Part shown: positions 24,513 to 37,745 of the stretch, in pieces
Layout: each line of letters begins with the position of its first letter
Position numbering within the stretch: the first letter of the stretch is position 1
Origin: Selaginella moellendorffii
Taxonomy: Eukaryota > Plantae > Lycopodiophyta
Direction: 5' to 3'
Assembly: GCF_000143415.4 (NCBI RefSeq)
Contig: NW_003314266.1
Span: 580,463 to 644,462 of the forward strand
DNA: 64,000 bases
The notes under the pieces: generated by a model
The model's input: only the letters and a program-made list of their open reading frames with translations
Databases searched by the model: none
Told to the model about the DNA's origin: nothing
Translations under genes and position numbers: made by a program

Positions 24513-25523
24513 CTAATTTACCATTGGAGTCGATAAATCGGCACAATTACCACCCATGCCTACCAGCGATTTACTAATGCCCAGCGTTTTCTTCGCGAGA
24601 TTGAATTCCAGGACGTGGTCTTGCTGCTGGAACGTTCCAATCGCCGGGGTGGAATCCTCGCCCCCATTGACAATCCCCACGCAAAACAATCCGGGCTCTC
24701 GCGTGGGCACCAAGTAATTCGCCGCCCCAATCTCCCACACGAATCCCCCGGCAAACGCGAGCCTGATCGTCGGCAGGCTCTCCATCGCCGCCGCCGAATC
24801 GATCCGGTAGCAGAGGTCGAGCGCCCCAAATCGAGCGTTGGCGCGGCTCACATTGGATTGGGCGACAAGGCGATCGCGCAGGGCTCTGTAGGACGCGCCT
24901 GGCAGTGCAGTGTAGCGGCGATGCGTCCCAAAGAGGGCATCGCGATCAAGCGCTATCCTCACGCCACCCAATTCAATGCTCGCCACCCGAGCACTGTAAA
25001 AGCCTGACGATGCTCTCAGGCGCGAAAGCCCTAATTTTAAAATTTTAAATCCCCGGCCACTCGCGCCAAATCTATAGCTGGTGGCGCCAAAAAAGAGAGC
25101 GCCATAGCCGGCAGAGGGCAAGCAGTAGGAGAAGGTGAGAGGGAGGCCAGCTGCCCTCGCCAGCTGGGCGTGTAGGGCTGACTCAGCAGGGCCCAGGCCA
25201 GCGATGCGTACGGGGGCGCACGCTACCTGGATCTTGCGTAGGACGACAGGTGGACCAGTGGTGGTGGAGAGCGTGAAGCTTGTGTTTGCCAGCGTGGGCT
25301 TGGAGCAGGGATAGAGAGGGAGCGTAGCGCCGGTGTCGATCGTGAATGGCGTGGGCTTTGGATGATCGCCCTTGCGATGGATGGCGAGAATGGCGAGAAA
25401 GCTTTGATCGCCGGGCTCGCTCGTCGTTGGGAGGCGAGAGGAGGGCTGAATTGGGGCAACGAGCGCGGCATTGGCGATGATGCCATGAAAGAGCCAGAGA
25501 AAGGGGAGGATCCGGGTGATCAT
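24513..25523 (-). CDS. Secreted pepsin-fold protein, xylanase-inhibitor (TAXI)/atypical aspartic protease-like
   Basis: Signal peptide; IDTG; FSYCLP, LDLCY, LPTIRLAF, IGTFQQQDHVLEFNL; second catalytic DSG motif absent; in-frame upstream ATG at 25646 possible. Confidence 0.8.
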   Translation of the reverse strand: MITRILPFLWLFHGIIANAALVAPIQPSSRLPTTSEPGDQSFLAILAIHRKGDHPKPTPFTIDTGATLPLYPCSKPTLANTSFTLSTTTGPPVVLRKIQVACAPVRIAGLGPAESALHAQLARAAGLPLTFSYCLPSAGYGALFFGATSYRFGASGRGFKILKLGLSRLRASSGFYSARVASIELGGVRIALDRDALFGTHRRYTALPGASYRALRDRLVAQSNVSRANARFGALDLCYRIDSAAAMESLPTIRLAFAGGFVWEIGAANYLVPTREPGLFCVGIVNGGEDSTPAIGTFQQQDHVLEFNLAKKTLGISKSLVGMGGNCADLSTPMVN

Positions 25524-25741
25524 GGCGGAAAGGAATGGAAGATCTCCTAAGAGCAGCAGCAATGAATGTAGAAGGCATGATGTGGTGCTTAAAAGCAATG
25601 GCAGTGTCTCCCATTCCATTCCTTGGTGTTCAAGCCTGTCTCCCATGACTTTGGAGTAAACTTCACGGATTTGATTTGAAACTTCGCGCCAACTTTTCTA
25701 GGGCTTCACAGCAGGAATATTTCTAACGAGGCTTTGTTGGG

Positions 25742-26915
25742 TTTTCCAAGGAAACAGATACACGACGAAAGTTTCCCTTTTGCGATTCGGCCTTTCGTCT
25801 TTTAGGTGATCCGCCACGGTAGGGGAAGAGTCTCACGGAGGAGGTTCTCTGGAGATCACTCCAACATGGGCATTTGCGCTGCCACTTTTATTTTGGTCTC
25901 ATTGCTGCTGAAGCGAGCGATTCACTACGCTGACAAGATGTATACATCCATAAGAGCTTTGATCGAGGATTGATCGAAATTGGAAGTGGGTACGCAAGCG
26001 TCCGGAGAAAGTTCTCGATAAAGTAAAAGAATTATTGATTCTCCCGAGACTGAGAGCATGCTTTTTGGGATTTCTTTCTCTCCTGCTAAATGTGCTGCAT
26101 CCGTCCATAGCCAAAATCTGTGTGTCACGCAACTACATCAACCATTTGCTTCCCTGCAAGATCAATGCGAATGAGGTGCAATTGCTCGGAGAGAGCCCCA
26201 AGAGCAGCCCATTGCCGCCAATCAAGGAGGCTAGTGTTCCTCAATGTAGACAAAGATCATCCACGAAGAGTTCTGGCTGGCGGAAGAAACACAGTCTAGC
26301 AGTGCTTCCAAAAGGTATATTACATTCAAACAATCACCATTGTCTCATTGCTAGATCCCATTCATCCCGGCTGAAGGTGTTCATGAGCTCCACATTTTCA
26401 TCTTTGTGCTTGCCATTGGCCATGTCGCCTACAGTTGCTTTACATTACTATTAGCCAGCCTCCAGGTCTTAAAAATGATCTAAGATTATATCAACAATAT
26501 GGTTTGATATTTTACACAGGTTCATAAGAGGGCACAGGCTCTGCCTGGTAATCTTATCCATAATTAAAATAATATTATTTATTCGTGTGCAGGTGGAAAA
26601 ACAGAGCACATTTTTGAGGAAGCATACCAACTCAATTTGGAACACGTCTCATACTCTCCGCTGGATCATAAGTTCAATACTTAAAAATACTTAGCCTGAC
26701 CTTATGATGTTCTAGTCCTGTTTCTTTGGGCAATTTGGTAGTGTGACATTCACAGAATGCAATACTCTCTGTCAAAAATAAGAAAAACTTGTTTCACACA
26801 AACACCTTCTTTCTTGTTGGTAGAATCACAGGCTTGCAAATACATTTGACTTTCAGAAGTATGTACTTATGTTTTTGAGGACAATTTCAAAATGATTGTT
26901 AGCATAAGGTGAGTG
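25742..26915 (+). pseudogene. MLO: Truncated, deletion-riddled copy of the 5' half of the MLO gene at 30422
   Basis: Collinear similarity to ~30258-31735 including promoter and introns; ATG changed to ACG; many short deletions and frameshifts. Confidence 0.9.
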
Positions 26916-27159
26916 TTGGTAATCACTTAATTATATGATAATATTATCATTATGACAGTTAAAGTGATAGCCATAGACAATCCAAACTGCGAGGAGCTCA
27001 ACTATATGATGGTGCTCAAGCCATTGAAGTTTGGCCCGCCATGCTTCTTGAGTCATTGAAGTTTGGCCAATCAAATATCAAAAACAATGATTGCAAACAC
27101 AAAACTAACACATAAACCATGTTACAAACCATTATTTCAAACTAGAAATACTCACAAAA

Positions 27160-27815
27160 CTCCCATTTCGCGTCATCGCCAATGCAGCACTTGTCACCCC
27201 TAATCCAGCACTCGTCGCCCCAACCCAACCCTCCTCTTGCCTCCCAACAATAAGTGAGCCCAGAGACCAAAGCTTTCTCACCATTCTCGCCATCCATTGC
27301 AAGGGCGAAGTCCATGCCATTCATGATGGACACCGGTGCAACAATTCCCCACTGGTCTACTTGTCATCTTACCACAGTGACTCAGCAGGGCCTAGGGCAC
27401 ACGCCACCTGGATCTTGCCGACTCAGCCCAACACGCCCCTGCTTGCCCAGTCACATCATCTGCCGAGCATTGAATTGGCTGGGTGGTGAATTAGGATAGT
27501 GGATGCTACAGAGCTCTGCATGATCACCTTGGTGGTGAGGATCGAGCCTGATACTGATGATGTCTGGCAGGGAGGAGTTGGATCAGATTGGAGATGTGGC
27601 GACCAGGCCCACGAAACTCCATTGTGAGCTGTGTCAGCGCTTGCTCTACTGGATCGATTTAGCAGCTGTGATGGGGAGCCTGCTAACAATTAGGCTCGCA
27701 TTTAGCAAGGGACTTGGTGACCACACAGAGCTTAGATTGTTTTGACTGGGGATTGTCAATGGGGGTGAGGATTCCACCCTGGCAATTGGAACGTTCCAAC
27801 AGCAAGACCACATTT
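27160..27815 (+). pseudogene. Degenerate inverted copy of the TAXI/aspartic-protease-like gene at 24513-25523
   Basis: Blocks such as caaagctttctc(a/g)ccattctcgccatccat and ggggattgtcaatggggg(t/c)gaggattccaccc match the minus-strand gene; CpG transitions and large deletions. Confidence 0.88.
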
Positions 27816-28360
27816 ATAGCGGCCCTTGTGCTGACATGGCTCAAAAGTTCAATGTGGAAGGGGGACAGATTGTTAGCGAGGATCAGCTGGCGTGTTCTTG
27901 ATGTATCAGGGGGATAGATTAAAGGGGAAGGGGATTTTGGAGTTAGTGTGAGGTTAGGAGATCGGGCTTTGTCTTTGGGATACACAGCATCTTCTCACTT
28001 GGTCTTACACCCAGAACCGTTATAGTGTCATTGGGTTAATAAATCACTAGTATATACATGTTTTTTCTAGGGTCACTAATGACCCTCTCTCCCTAAATTC
28101 CTTTGAATGCCACAGAAACATCATTAGAGGCTGGGCAATTGTGTTGTTACAAAGGAGGAATTAAGCACGCAGTAAGAGTATAGAGCAGCTGTAGAAGTAG
28201 GTGTCCATTTTCCACCTATGGTTGTTCACACCTACACACCACTACATGGTGGGAAGTGGTCGTAGATGTGGGAGGATTCACTATGGCTTGGTAGATATTG
28301 TACTTTACAGTGTTCATTGCCCTTTGAGCAACCCCATTTGGAATGCTCATGGTTTGCTTA

Positions 28361-28610
28361 ATATCTCTAGAATATGCTTGGATATTCTAGGATATTTTAC
28401 CATTTAACAGTTGCTATATCTTGTATTTATAATTTATAAACTTTTTAAAACCTTTTTTAGTATATTCTTTCTTATTCTTGATATGCAATAAGATTAATCT
28501 TTTGTTTATAAATTAGAAACATACTTATAGCTATAAACTTCATTTGATTAATTAGATTAATAAATAGGAATAACACTATTATTGCTACATGCAACATGTA
28601 GCAAATTTTT
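28361..28610 (+). repeat. Dispersed AT-rich repeat, copy A (copy B at ~59609-59890)
   Basis: Shared gatattctaggatatt(t/c)taccat(t/c)taacagtt..aatttataaa..tagtatattctt..ttgatatgcaataa..tataaatta. Confidence 0.75.
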
Positions 28611-30421
28611 TTGAGATTAAACCATCATTCATAACGTTGATTGAGTTGTTAATTGACTAGCTTTGTCTAAAGCTAGTTGAACCTTGATGTATAAAACAAC
28701 CCCCTTCCAAGTAAGAAGCTTGAAGGGCTAGAGCCCTATAAAACATCTCTTTGTATGTAGTTCAATTCTAATAAATTGATATTGAAATTCCTTAAACTTG
28801 TCCCTCTAAAGTATAAAGGGCAATTATAGAGATCTTGTATTAGGAGATCTCTTAACTTCTCTTACAAGCTCTCAATTCTTCTAAATGCCCTTAAATGCCT
28901 TAGCCTTATAGAGAGGAATATTTTAGGAACTAACATATTTTAAGTATGTTCCATATCGCAAAAGGTGACTATGATGGGATTGAGTAAACTCTATAGTGTA
29001 AAGAGAACTCATAACAAAGCTATAAAAGTCATGCTAAAATGCTACACCAAATGAGGGAAATGTGAAATGAAGAAGAAAACCAAAGAGACTAAAGGAAAAA
29101 CCCAATGGGACAAATTCTAAAGGCAAATTAAACACTAGAAAAAAAATGGGAAAAAAAATAAAGAAAACAAAGTTGAAAAGATAGAGAAGAAAAATAAAAT
29201 AAAAAAGCAAAAAGGCAAGAAGCTTAAAGGATAACAAAAAATAAACTTAGATTATGGCTACAAAGTCTTCAAACCTTCGTGAAATTCCTTGAATAAGCTC
29301 TTAAGTTGCCTTTCAAGAGTGGATAGTGACAACAGGATGTATTGCTCAGTGGTGGTAAATGCTAAAGTGAAGAAGATAATGAACGTGTGAAGGAATAAAT
29401 AAAGGCAAATGTAGGAAGAGGTGAAAGTTAATAATGAAAATTTGAAATTGAAAGTTGCAACTATTATAAACAACTTAAAATGTTGGAAACTTCACTTGTT
29501 TATTCGTGGCATTTATCGACAGATGCCTGGAGCAAGAGAATGTGTTAGCAATTAATAGCTTGCTTAAGAAAGTGGCTTGGGCATATGCTGAATGATGCTA
29601 GCTCAAAGAAAAACCACTGCAAAAGTTCTAATATGGCACAATGATGTAAAGTTTCAAATATATCTTTTAAATTGGATGTCAGATTTAAATAATCTCTACT
29701 GTTGTTAAAAGGTATTTATGGCCATAGTGGAGTGCCCAATGCAAATATTTGTTGCAAAGAATGGCAATATTGTGTAGAAAAAATAGTGTGTGATCTAGTA
29801 ATGTGATAGTGATGAAAGTGATTGTCACAAATGTAACTATAGATATTGAAAATTATCTGTTACCAAATTATTTCAGATATTATTATCTTACTGTCATGAA
29901 TTCAAAGCTAGTTTGAAAACCAGTCAATAGACCAGAAAAGCGTTAAAAAAGGAAATCTTAAACTATCATTTAGTTATGAAGATTTGTGATCATTGCCAAG
30001 GAGTGGCATCAATGAATGTAAAAGCCACGATGTTAAGGCTTAAAAGCGCTGGTGTCTTCCGTTCCATTTCTTTGGTTTTTAAGCTTGATTTTGGAATTTG
30101 ATTGCACCAAAATTTCTAGGGCTACAGTAGCGTGGATCAAGTCCTCACTTAGATCGTGGCATAACGTAGAGAGAATTAAGAGGGATCATGAAGAATTTCT
30201 AGCAAGGCTTTATCTCCTGCCAAATCCGTGTTGAATGGTTCGTGGATTCTAGGTGACTTTCCATGGAAACAGTGTGGAAACAGTGATTAATGTTCTCATG
30301 CACGACGAAAGTTTCTCCTTTGGCGATTGATGTGATCTCTTCTCTCTCTCTCTCTTTTTTAATTTGTTTTAGAGCATGTTGACGCTATTAAAATGGACAT
30401 TCGTCTTTTGGGCGATCGGCC

Positions 30422-32774
30422 ATGGCCGGGGAAGAGTCTCACAGCAGCTTGCAAGGCGGTTCTCTGGAGATCACTCCAACATGGGCATTTGCGCTGGTTT
30501 GTGGCGCTTTTATTCTCGTGTCATTGCTGCTGGAGCGAGCGATTCACTACACTGGCAAGGTATACATCCAGAAGAACTTTGATCGAGGATTGATTGCAAT
30601 TGGAGTGATTGACAGTGGGTACGCAAGCGTCCGGAGAAATCTCTAGACAAAGCTCTCGACAAAGTCAAAGAAGGTTGCGCCAAGTTTATGAATTCTCCCG
30701 AGAACTTATCTCTTCATCTCTCTTGCCTCAGAGCTCATGCTTTTGGGATTTCTTTCTCTTCTGCTAAACGTGCTGCAGCCGTCCATAGCCAAAATCTGTG
30801 TGCCACGCAGCTACATCAACCATTTTCTTCCCTGTAAGATCAACGCGACTGCGGTGCAATTGCTCGGTGAGAGCCCCAAGAGCAGCCCATCCCCGCCGCA
30901 CTCAAGGAGGCTACTTTTTGTCAATGTAGACGAACATCACCCTCGAAGATTTCTTGCAGGCGGGGGCAACACAGTCTCGGAGTGCTTCCAAAAGGTTAAC
31001 TATCAAATTATGCTATATGGCTATCCAAAAAAATGTTGCTATTGTTGTTGACCAGGGAAAGATCCCATTCATCTCAGCCGAAAGCATCCATGAGCTCCAC
31101 ATTTTCATCTTTGTGCTTGCAATTGGCCATGTCGCCTACAGTTGCTTCACATTACTATTAGCCAGGCTCCAGGTTTGAAAGGGTATTTAGATTATCAAGC
31201 TCCTAAAAATGTGGTTTGACATTTTACCCAGGTTCATGCATGGAATGCCTGGGAGAAGAGGGCACAGGCTCTGGTTTGCGTGGATCCACCAGGTATTCTT
31301 CGTTTAATATTATTAACAGAATTCTTATATTCTTATAAAAATTATCATTACTATTCGTGTTTGACAATGCAGGTGTGGCCTCAAATAGTGGCCTGAAAAG
31401 ACAGAACACATTTTTGAGGAAGCATACCAGTTCAATATGGAACACATCTTCTACTCTCAGCTGGATCGTAAGTCAAAGCTTAATTTCAATTTTACTTCGT
31501 CTTACCTGGTGTTCCAGTCCTGTTTCTTTGGACAATTTGGTAGCGGTGTCACATTCACAGAATACAATACTCTTCGTCAAGGTTTTATCCAAGTAAGCAA
31601 AGTTTGCGGGCCTCATACAATACTTTCTTCCGTTTTTTTTCTTAGAACCACAGGCTTGCAAACACATTTGACTTTCACAAATACGTACTCCGTGTTCTTG
31701 AGGACGATTTCAAGAAGGTAGTTGGCATAAGGTAAGTGCAAATATTATGGTTGGCTATCATTTATTATTATGAACAGTTCTCTATTGTGGGTGTTTGTTG
31801 TTATATTCGTCCTACTTAATGTCAATGGTATGCGACTTTTAGTTTGATTGGGCCCTGTAATAAAGCTCTCATTCTGCAGGGTGGTATACGTATTTCTGGA
31901 TTGGATTCATCCCTCTTGTGGTATTATAGAGCTGGATTAAGGTAGAATTTTCACGAATAATTCTGCAGCTGCTACTTGTGGTTGGAGCCAAGCTCAAGCA
32001 TGTAATTCTCACGCTGGCTGTCGAGATTGCCGAAGAGCAGAGTGGCGTGAGGTGCGTGGTTGTGAATCTACGAAACAATTTGTTCTGGTTCAAGAAACCA
32101 CAGATCATGCTTTACCTTCTTCACTTTATACTCTTCCAGGTAACTGATCATTCCCAAAAAATATTATAAATATGTTCGTTGTTTTATTTTTTCAGAATGC
32201 ATTTGAGCTCGCTTTCTTCGTCTGGGTTTGGGTCAGTTTCTGTACCCTTGGTGTGTGACATTCTCCAAATTTTTATTTCTTTTTTATTATTTTTTTCAGA
32301 CAAGTTTCGGTTTTGGTTCCTGCTTCAGAAACAAGCTCAGCTTTGTTGTGGCACGCCTTGTTATTGGGTAGGGAAATTTTTGTAGAATCTCTTTTAACTC
32401 TTCCTCCTTTTGCTAGATTTCTCATGTTGGGTCTCAGCAGCTATAGAACTCTGCCACTCTACGCATTAGTAACCCAGGTATATCATCCAACTTTAACGAG
32501 GAACAATTAATCCTGTTTAAATTTCTGTTTCAAAAAGATGGGAGACGACTTCAAATTCGGGGAGCAAATCCAGAGCGCTCTCACAAACTTACGTGCAAAA
32601 GTCAGGGCCACCAAGAAAAAAGGTGGCGGACAATCAGACGCAAGCTCCAACGGCCACCAGCATAGTCCAAACTCTAACAACCATCAGGAAAGGAGCTCAA
32701 ATGGACATGACCAAAGTTCTCATCAGGAAAGAAGTTTGCAGGATAGTCCCAATGAGATCGTCCACGAACCATAG
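30422..32774 (+). CDS. MLO: MLO family seven-transmembrane protein, multi-exon
   Basis: SLEITPTW, ELMLLGFLSLLL, HELHIFIFVLA, FWFKKP, LHFILFQ|NAFE, TLPLYALVTQ|MG; exon 1 is 30422-30559, last exon starts 32538; short GT-AG introns. Confidence 0.93.
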
Positions 32775-33989
32775 ATTTGGACTAAATGACCATTAATGTT
32801 TATAGAATCTTATTTACATGCAAAAACAACTGGTAGATCTGTGTTGGTGGATAAGAAAGGCCATGCAAGTTTGTGGGCACTCTTTATAAACCCCACCCCA
32901 TTTCTCTCTCGACAGTGTCGTGTCTCAGTTCATATGTTTTGATCGTTTCTCTCATCCCATGGCAACAATGCTGGTAATTCTCATCGCTATCTTCGTCTTT
33001 GCCACTAGAGAAATCTGAAGATTCAATATATACGAATCGTAAGTAAAATTCAGTTGAATCACGCAATGAAAAATTTCATAACAAATTTCACAATCTAGAG
33101 CTAAGCTTACGTAGCATGTGACACATTATGTGCCATGCCTACATGGCAGTATTGTGGGAGGAGTAGAACAATCGGTGGATCGTTTGACTGGTGCGGCGGA
33201 TTGACGAGCGCTCTCAGCCGAGAGATAGCAGCAGATTGGAGCAATCTCGTGGATTGGAGGTGGGGTTCTCATCTATGGCACAGCTCTGGCCTTCCATTCC
33301 GATACATGGCACAGGGATCTCGCAATGTCGGCCACGATGTCGTGCGGCCAGCTCCATCGCCCGTCACGAATTTGGGTCTAGGACGAGAGTAGGTGCGAGT
33401 GAAGATTTTCTTTTTCTTTTTCCGACACCTACATTCGTTTCTATCCGGCTTATGGGAATTCAAGGACAACAAAGGAGGGAGCTCCAAGAGTTTTCTTCTA
33501 GGCAGCAGAGGTCTAGAAGGAAAACTCGTTCTTTCCAAGGCTAAGGCCGAGCAGGAGAAAAATGGTGGCTTACTGCTGCTGATCCTCTTCGCCAGGTTCC
33601 GAGAGTATAGATAGCGAGCGAAAATCCAACGAGGAGCCTGAATTCGAGTAAAGGAACTTCCAGCGATGAAAGCCACTCGTTCACCACTACTGCTAGCGTG
33701 GAGGACGACAAACCAAAGTCCTGGTTCGACAGGATACCAAAGAGATGGCAGATTGTAGCCTTGTGGTTCCTCCTGTGCAACATGGATCGGGGATGGCTTT
33801 TGAACTTTCGTTTCTCTTTTTGGATGGAAACTGGCTCGCTTGACTAGAAAATCTTTGTGAACATTACTATTCTCCCAATGGCTTCCGAGTTCCATTGGAA
33901 CTTCACCACACTCGGGTTAGTGCAATTGTCATTCTTTTGGGGATATCTTCTCACACAGGTATCTTGAGTGGAGAATAAGGTTTGACGCT

Positions 33990-35200
33990 TCTTTCTTGCA
34001 GATTGCTGGAGGTGTGTGTGCAGACAGCATTGGAGGGAATTTTAGCCATCCTTCTTGGCTGGCGGAGATATCAAAAGGCAGGCAACCACGACGCTTCTCC
34101 AAGCTCTCCCAGCCGACGAAAGGCGTCCCTTGAAGTCGTGGTGACAATGGCGGAGAACTTTACCAGGCTACTTTTCCTCCTCGCTTCCAGGTCGTCACCG
34201 CGGACAATGGAGTGTGTTTTGCTCTCAAGCCCGTGGCCAACTAGTTAAGTCCTTTCGTTTTCCCTTAGAAACTTCTCTGGCTTCGCTAGCTTTTGTGTCA
34301 AGTCTAGGCCATCTTTCTCTCGATCTCTCTCTGTTTTATTTTTCTCTTTGGCGTCTGACTTGTGGGATCCACAGGTGTGACTACTCGGTGCTTCCCGCGA
34401 TCACAACACCGTACGTGAGAATAACGTAAGACGACTTTGTTTTTTTCACCTCCACTGACTTCTCTAAAACACGCAGAGACGGAAGTACATTGTAACGAAG
34501 AAACAAAACCGACGTAAGCCCCTTTGCTTCTCTTGACTTGTGGCAGAAACCAGCACAAACTTTCTTCCATCCTTTCTCGTGTTTTACTCTCTCGTTTCTC
34601 CAGGTTGAATTGAATTGCCGGGGCCACAGGAGGAAGGTATGTATATATGCGCTCAATTTTGGCTCTTCGTTGTTGGTTAAGCATTTGCAGCATTGTTTTA
34701 TGATCTACAGGTGATGCAATCCATTGGTTTTCTTGGCAACTTAGCCACGTCCATTCGCCTTCTCTGTTCCCATGTAAGATCCTCTCCATATCTCGCTTTA
34801 AGTGGAAGTTTGGTTTGATATTTGGTCTCTTGCAGGGTTGGATGCTTTCTCGCAGTCGGGATTGTGTTCCAACCATCAAGATATTGGCCCTTGCTATGTG
34901 GTAAGCAATTAATCTGGCATATCCTACTTCTGGTCAGAATTGATACTGAGCTTGTAACAGAGAGTACTCCCCAATATGGCCGGAGTTCTTCCTGGTGTCC
35001 TGCTGCAACAGCTCGTCTTGGTAAAGGTTCCTACTTCTACTCATAATGAACTAAACTTCTGAAGAAACTCGTTGCTTTGTTTTAAACTATTTTTGTTCTC
35101 ACTAATCTCCAGGAGCAACACATTCAGCAAGCAGTGGACCAACCAGACAAGAGCAGCATGAGCCAAGCAAGACCAGCCAGGCAGCCACACCCGAGCAAGC
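33990..35200 (+). other. Unidentified multi-exon gene or gene remnant abutting the hAT element
   Basis: Regular alternation of short exons with pyrimidine-tract/CAG acceptors and GTAAG/GTATG donors (~34426, 34513, 34637, 34774, 34901); no family recognised. Confidence 0.35.
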
Positions 35201-35559
35201 AGTGATCCAGCTCCATCAACAAAGCGATGTGGGGCAACGGGAACTGATACCTAAGTGCCAAAAAGGGAACCACCTACTACAAAATTAAACGGCCAAGTGT
35301 CACATAGGGACATGGGGAGTGGAGGCAGTGGAGCATCTATGGGGCAGTCCTCTCAGGGAAGTTATATGTACTCAAATTGGAAATGCAACTTTTGATGGCC
35401 ATTTGCCTACATGCAGCTTGTTGCAAATGCCAAGCTGGGGCATCTGGAACACAGAACTCAAATGACTCTCAAATAGTCTTTTGAAAATCAATATCACTGA
35501 AATGCAATTGTGGCTATAAAGAGGTTCATCTATGCTTATGCTTTTCCTTTTAACATCAT

Positions 35560-37085
35560 TTGTTCATCTTTTTGGGAAGACATGGTGGATGCTTTACTTG
35601 TTGCTGGAAAGGGAAACAAATCTACTATAATCAAATATGAAAGACTTCATGTTTAACATTTGAATGAAGAATGTGAAAGTTTGAAGGAGAGGATGCAATA
35701 AATCAAAGAAGGATGGAAACATTATGGTTGTAGTATCACTTTGGATGGATGGCAATGCAAATTCTTGGCTGTGAGTTGTCAAGGTTGTGTGTTCCTAAAA
35801 TCGATGGATGTTTCAAATGCAATCAAGACTGATTTATATCTCTATGAGTAGTGATTCTGGAATTTGAACCCAAGAATATTGTCCAACTAGTCATAGATAA
35901 TGCAGACAATTGTGTGGGCATGGGCCAACTTATTGGAGGAGTTCCCTCGCATCATACATGGTCATTGTGTTTGCTATGTTCTTGATTTGTTATGCGAAGA
36001 TATTGGCAAACTTAAATGGGCACAACCATTGATTAGTGGATGTGAAAAGGTGGTTACCTTCTTCACAAAGAAACCAAAACTTCTAGCTGCTTTCCAGAAG
36101 ATTGCACCATGGGATTTTGTGAAGCCAACAACAACATAATTTGCTTATAGTTACTTGGTTACAAGCCAATTTGTGGATGAGAAAATGATGTGAGCTATCT
36201 AATAGCTTAATTGTAAGTGATGTCTGGCTTGATACGTGGAGCTATGTATCTAGAGCAGACGAAGTGAAAGTTCTAGTGAAAAACAATAAGTTTTGGATGC
36301 AATGTTCTGCATTTGTTGTGATCATGGCCCCGATTCTAAAGCTGTTAAAAATAGCTGATAGGGATGGCACAAGGATGGGCATCATCTTTGAAGCTATGGA
36401 TCAAATGCAAGAGAGCTTGTAGAAATTGGCTAATGATGATGTGGTGGACAATAGAGAATTGAACCACTTAAAGCATTCAATCTGGTCCAAACCATTGGCT
36501 TAATCGTCTATAAAGTGTGGGCCCTTGTTTACATCCATTGTGGATGGACATGGAAGAGGATGTTGAAGGTAACCATGCATACTTTGAACAAATTTCAAAG
36601 GGGGATTTGAAGCTTGAGGAAAAGTTAATGCTTCAATTTCATGATTTCAAGAAAAATTGACCTACAGAAACGAGACATAATCCTGCATCTCAAGGAAACA
36701 TGTGTAACACAGGAATTTTTTGGTGGGGAGAGTATGGATCTTAACTCCCTGACCTGCAGAAGGTGGCTATGTGAGTGCTTACCAATGCATTTCAGTTTCT
36801 GATGCTGAAAGAAATTGGACCACTTGGAGCATTGTCCAGTCTAAGAAAAGAGCTCAGTTGCTAACTGTGAATATGGAAAAGTTAGTGTATTATTACACTA
36901 ATTTGAAGCTAATCCAACTTATAGAGATAAAGGGCACACCTTGTAAGGAGATTGATCCAGATGATTTGGATTTAGGAGCCAATTGGGAAAGGTTTTTGCA
37001 TATGTAGCAAAGGATGCAAGAATTCCAAGAACTTTTATAAGAGACAAATGAAAGTGTTGTGAAAGATGAAATTGATGATGATGAA
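35560..37085 (+). mobile_element. hAT-superfamily transposase remnant
   Basis: GCSITLDGW, VQLVIDNA, HCVCYVLDLLCEDIGKL, and hAT dimerisation domain SDAERNWTTWSIVQSKKRAQL..EKLVYYYTNLKL; many stops and frameshifts. Confidence 0.88.
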
Positions 37086-37745
37086 GAATATTCAAATATT
37101 TAAAAAGTGTTTTTAAAATCTTTTACATTTCTTTAGGTTTTTAGGTTTGTTACTAATAAACTTGTTTGGAGCAAAATTTGACATTTGCAAAGGCATTTTG
37201 GTTTATGCGTTTAGAACGTTTGTGAGTTTGCTCGATCAGTATGAAGCAAGCTCTAGCAAGCAGTGATCCAACTTGATCCAACTCCATCTAGTAACACCGC
37301 TCTGCGACGAAGAACAAAAAAGGCTCGTTCGAACTGGAAGTCCTTTCTCAAGGCTACCAGCTGAAGCTTTCTCGAGAGTGTGGACCTTACCAGAGACATT
37401 ACACCGGAAGAACTTGATCGCACTGTCAAGCCGAAGGAGCAGAGCTTTCCCGCTGATGGCGTCCAATAAGAGAAGCTGCGAATGTGGCCAACGTCCCGGG
37501 TATATAAAGGTGGAAGCTTGGAGCTTGTGTTCGCTGTCTCAGTCTTTAGATTCGATGAGTTCACAGTCACTAAGAGGGACAAGACCATGGACGATCATGT
37601 CGATATCGATGTGAAGAAGGCCTGCTGCTATTTGGGAGGAAGAAACAAGTTTTTGCCCTCAAAACTTTTAGATCTTCCAGCAAAGTACTAGCACTCCACA
37701 AGATATCCAGTGAATGATTCTCGCCACCTTTGGAATGAAAAGGAG

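Noticed and set aside
29034-29237. Phe/Leu-rich ORF as a membrane protein
   Set aside because: It is the reverse complement of an A-rich low-complexity tract
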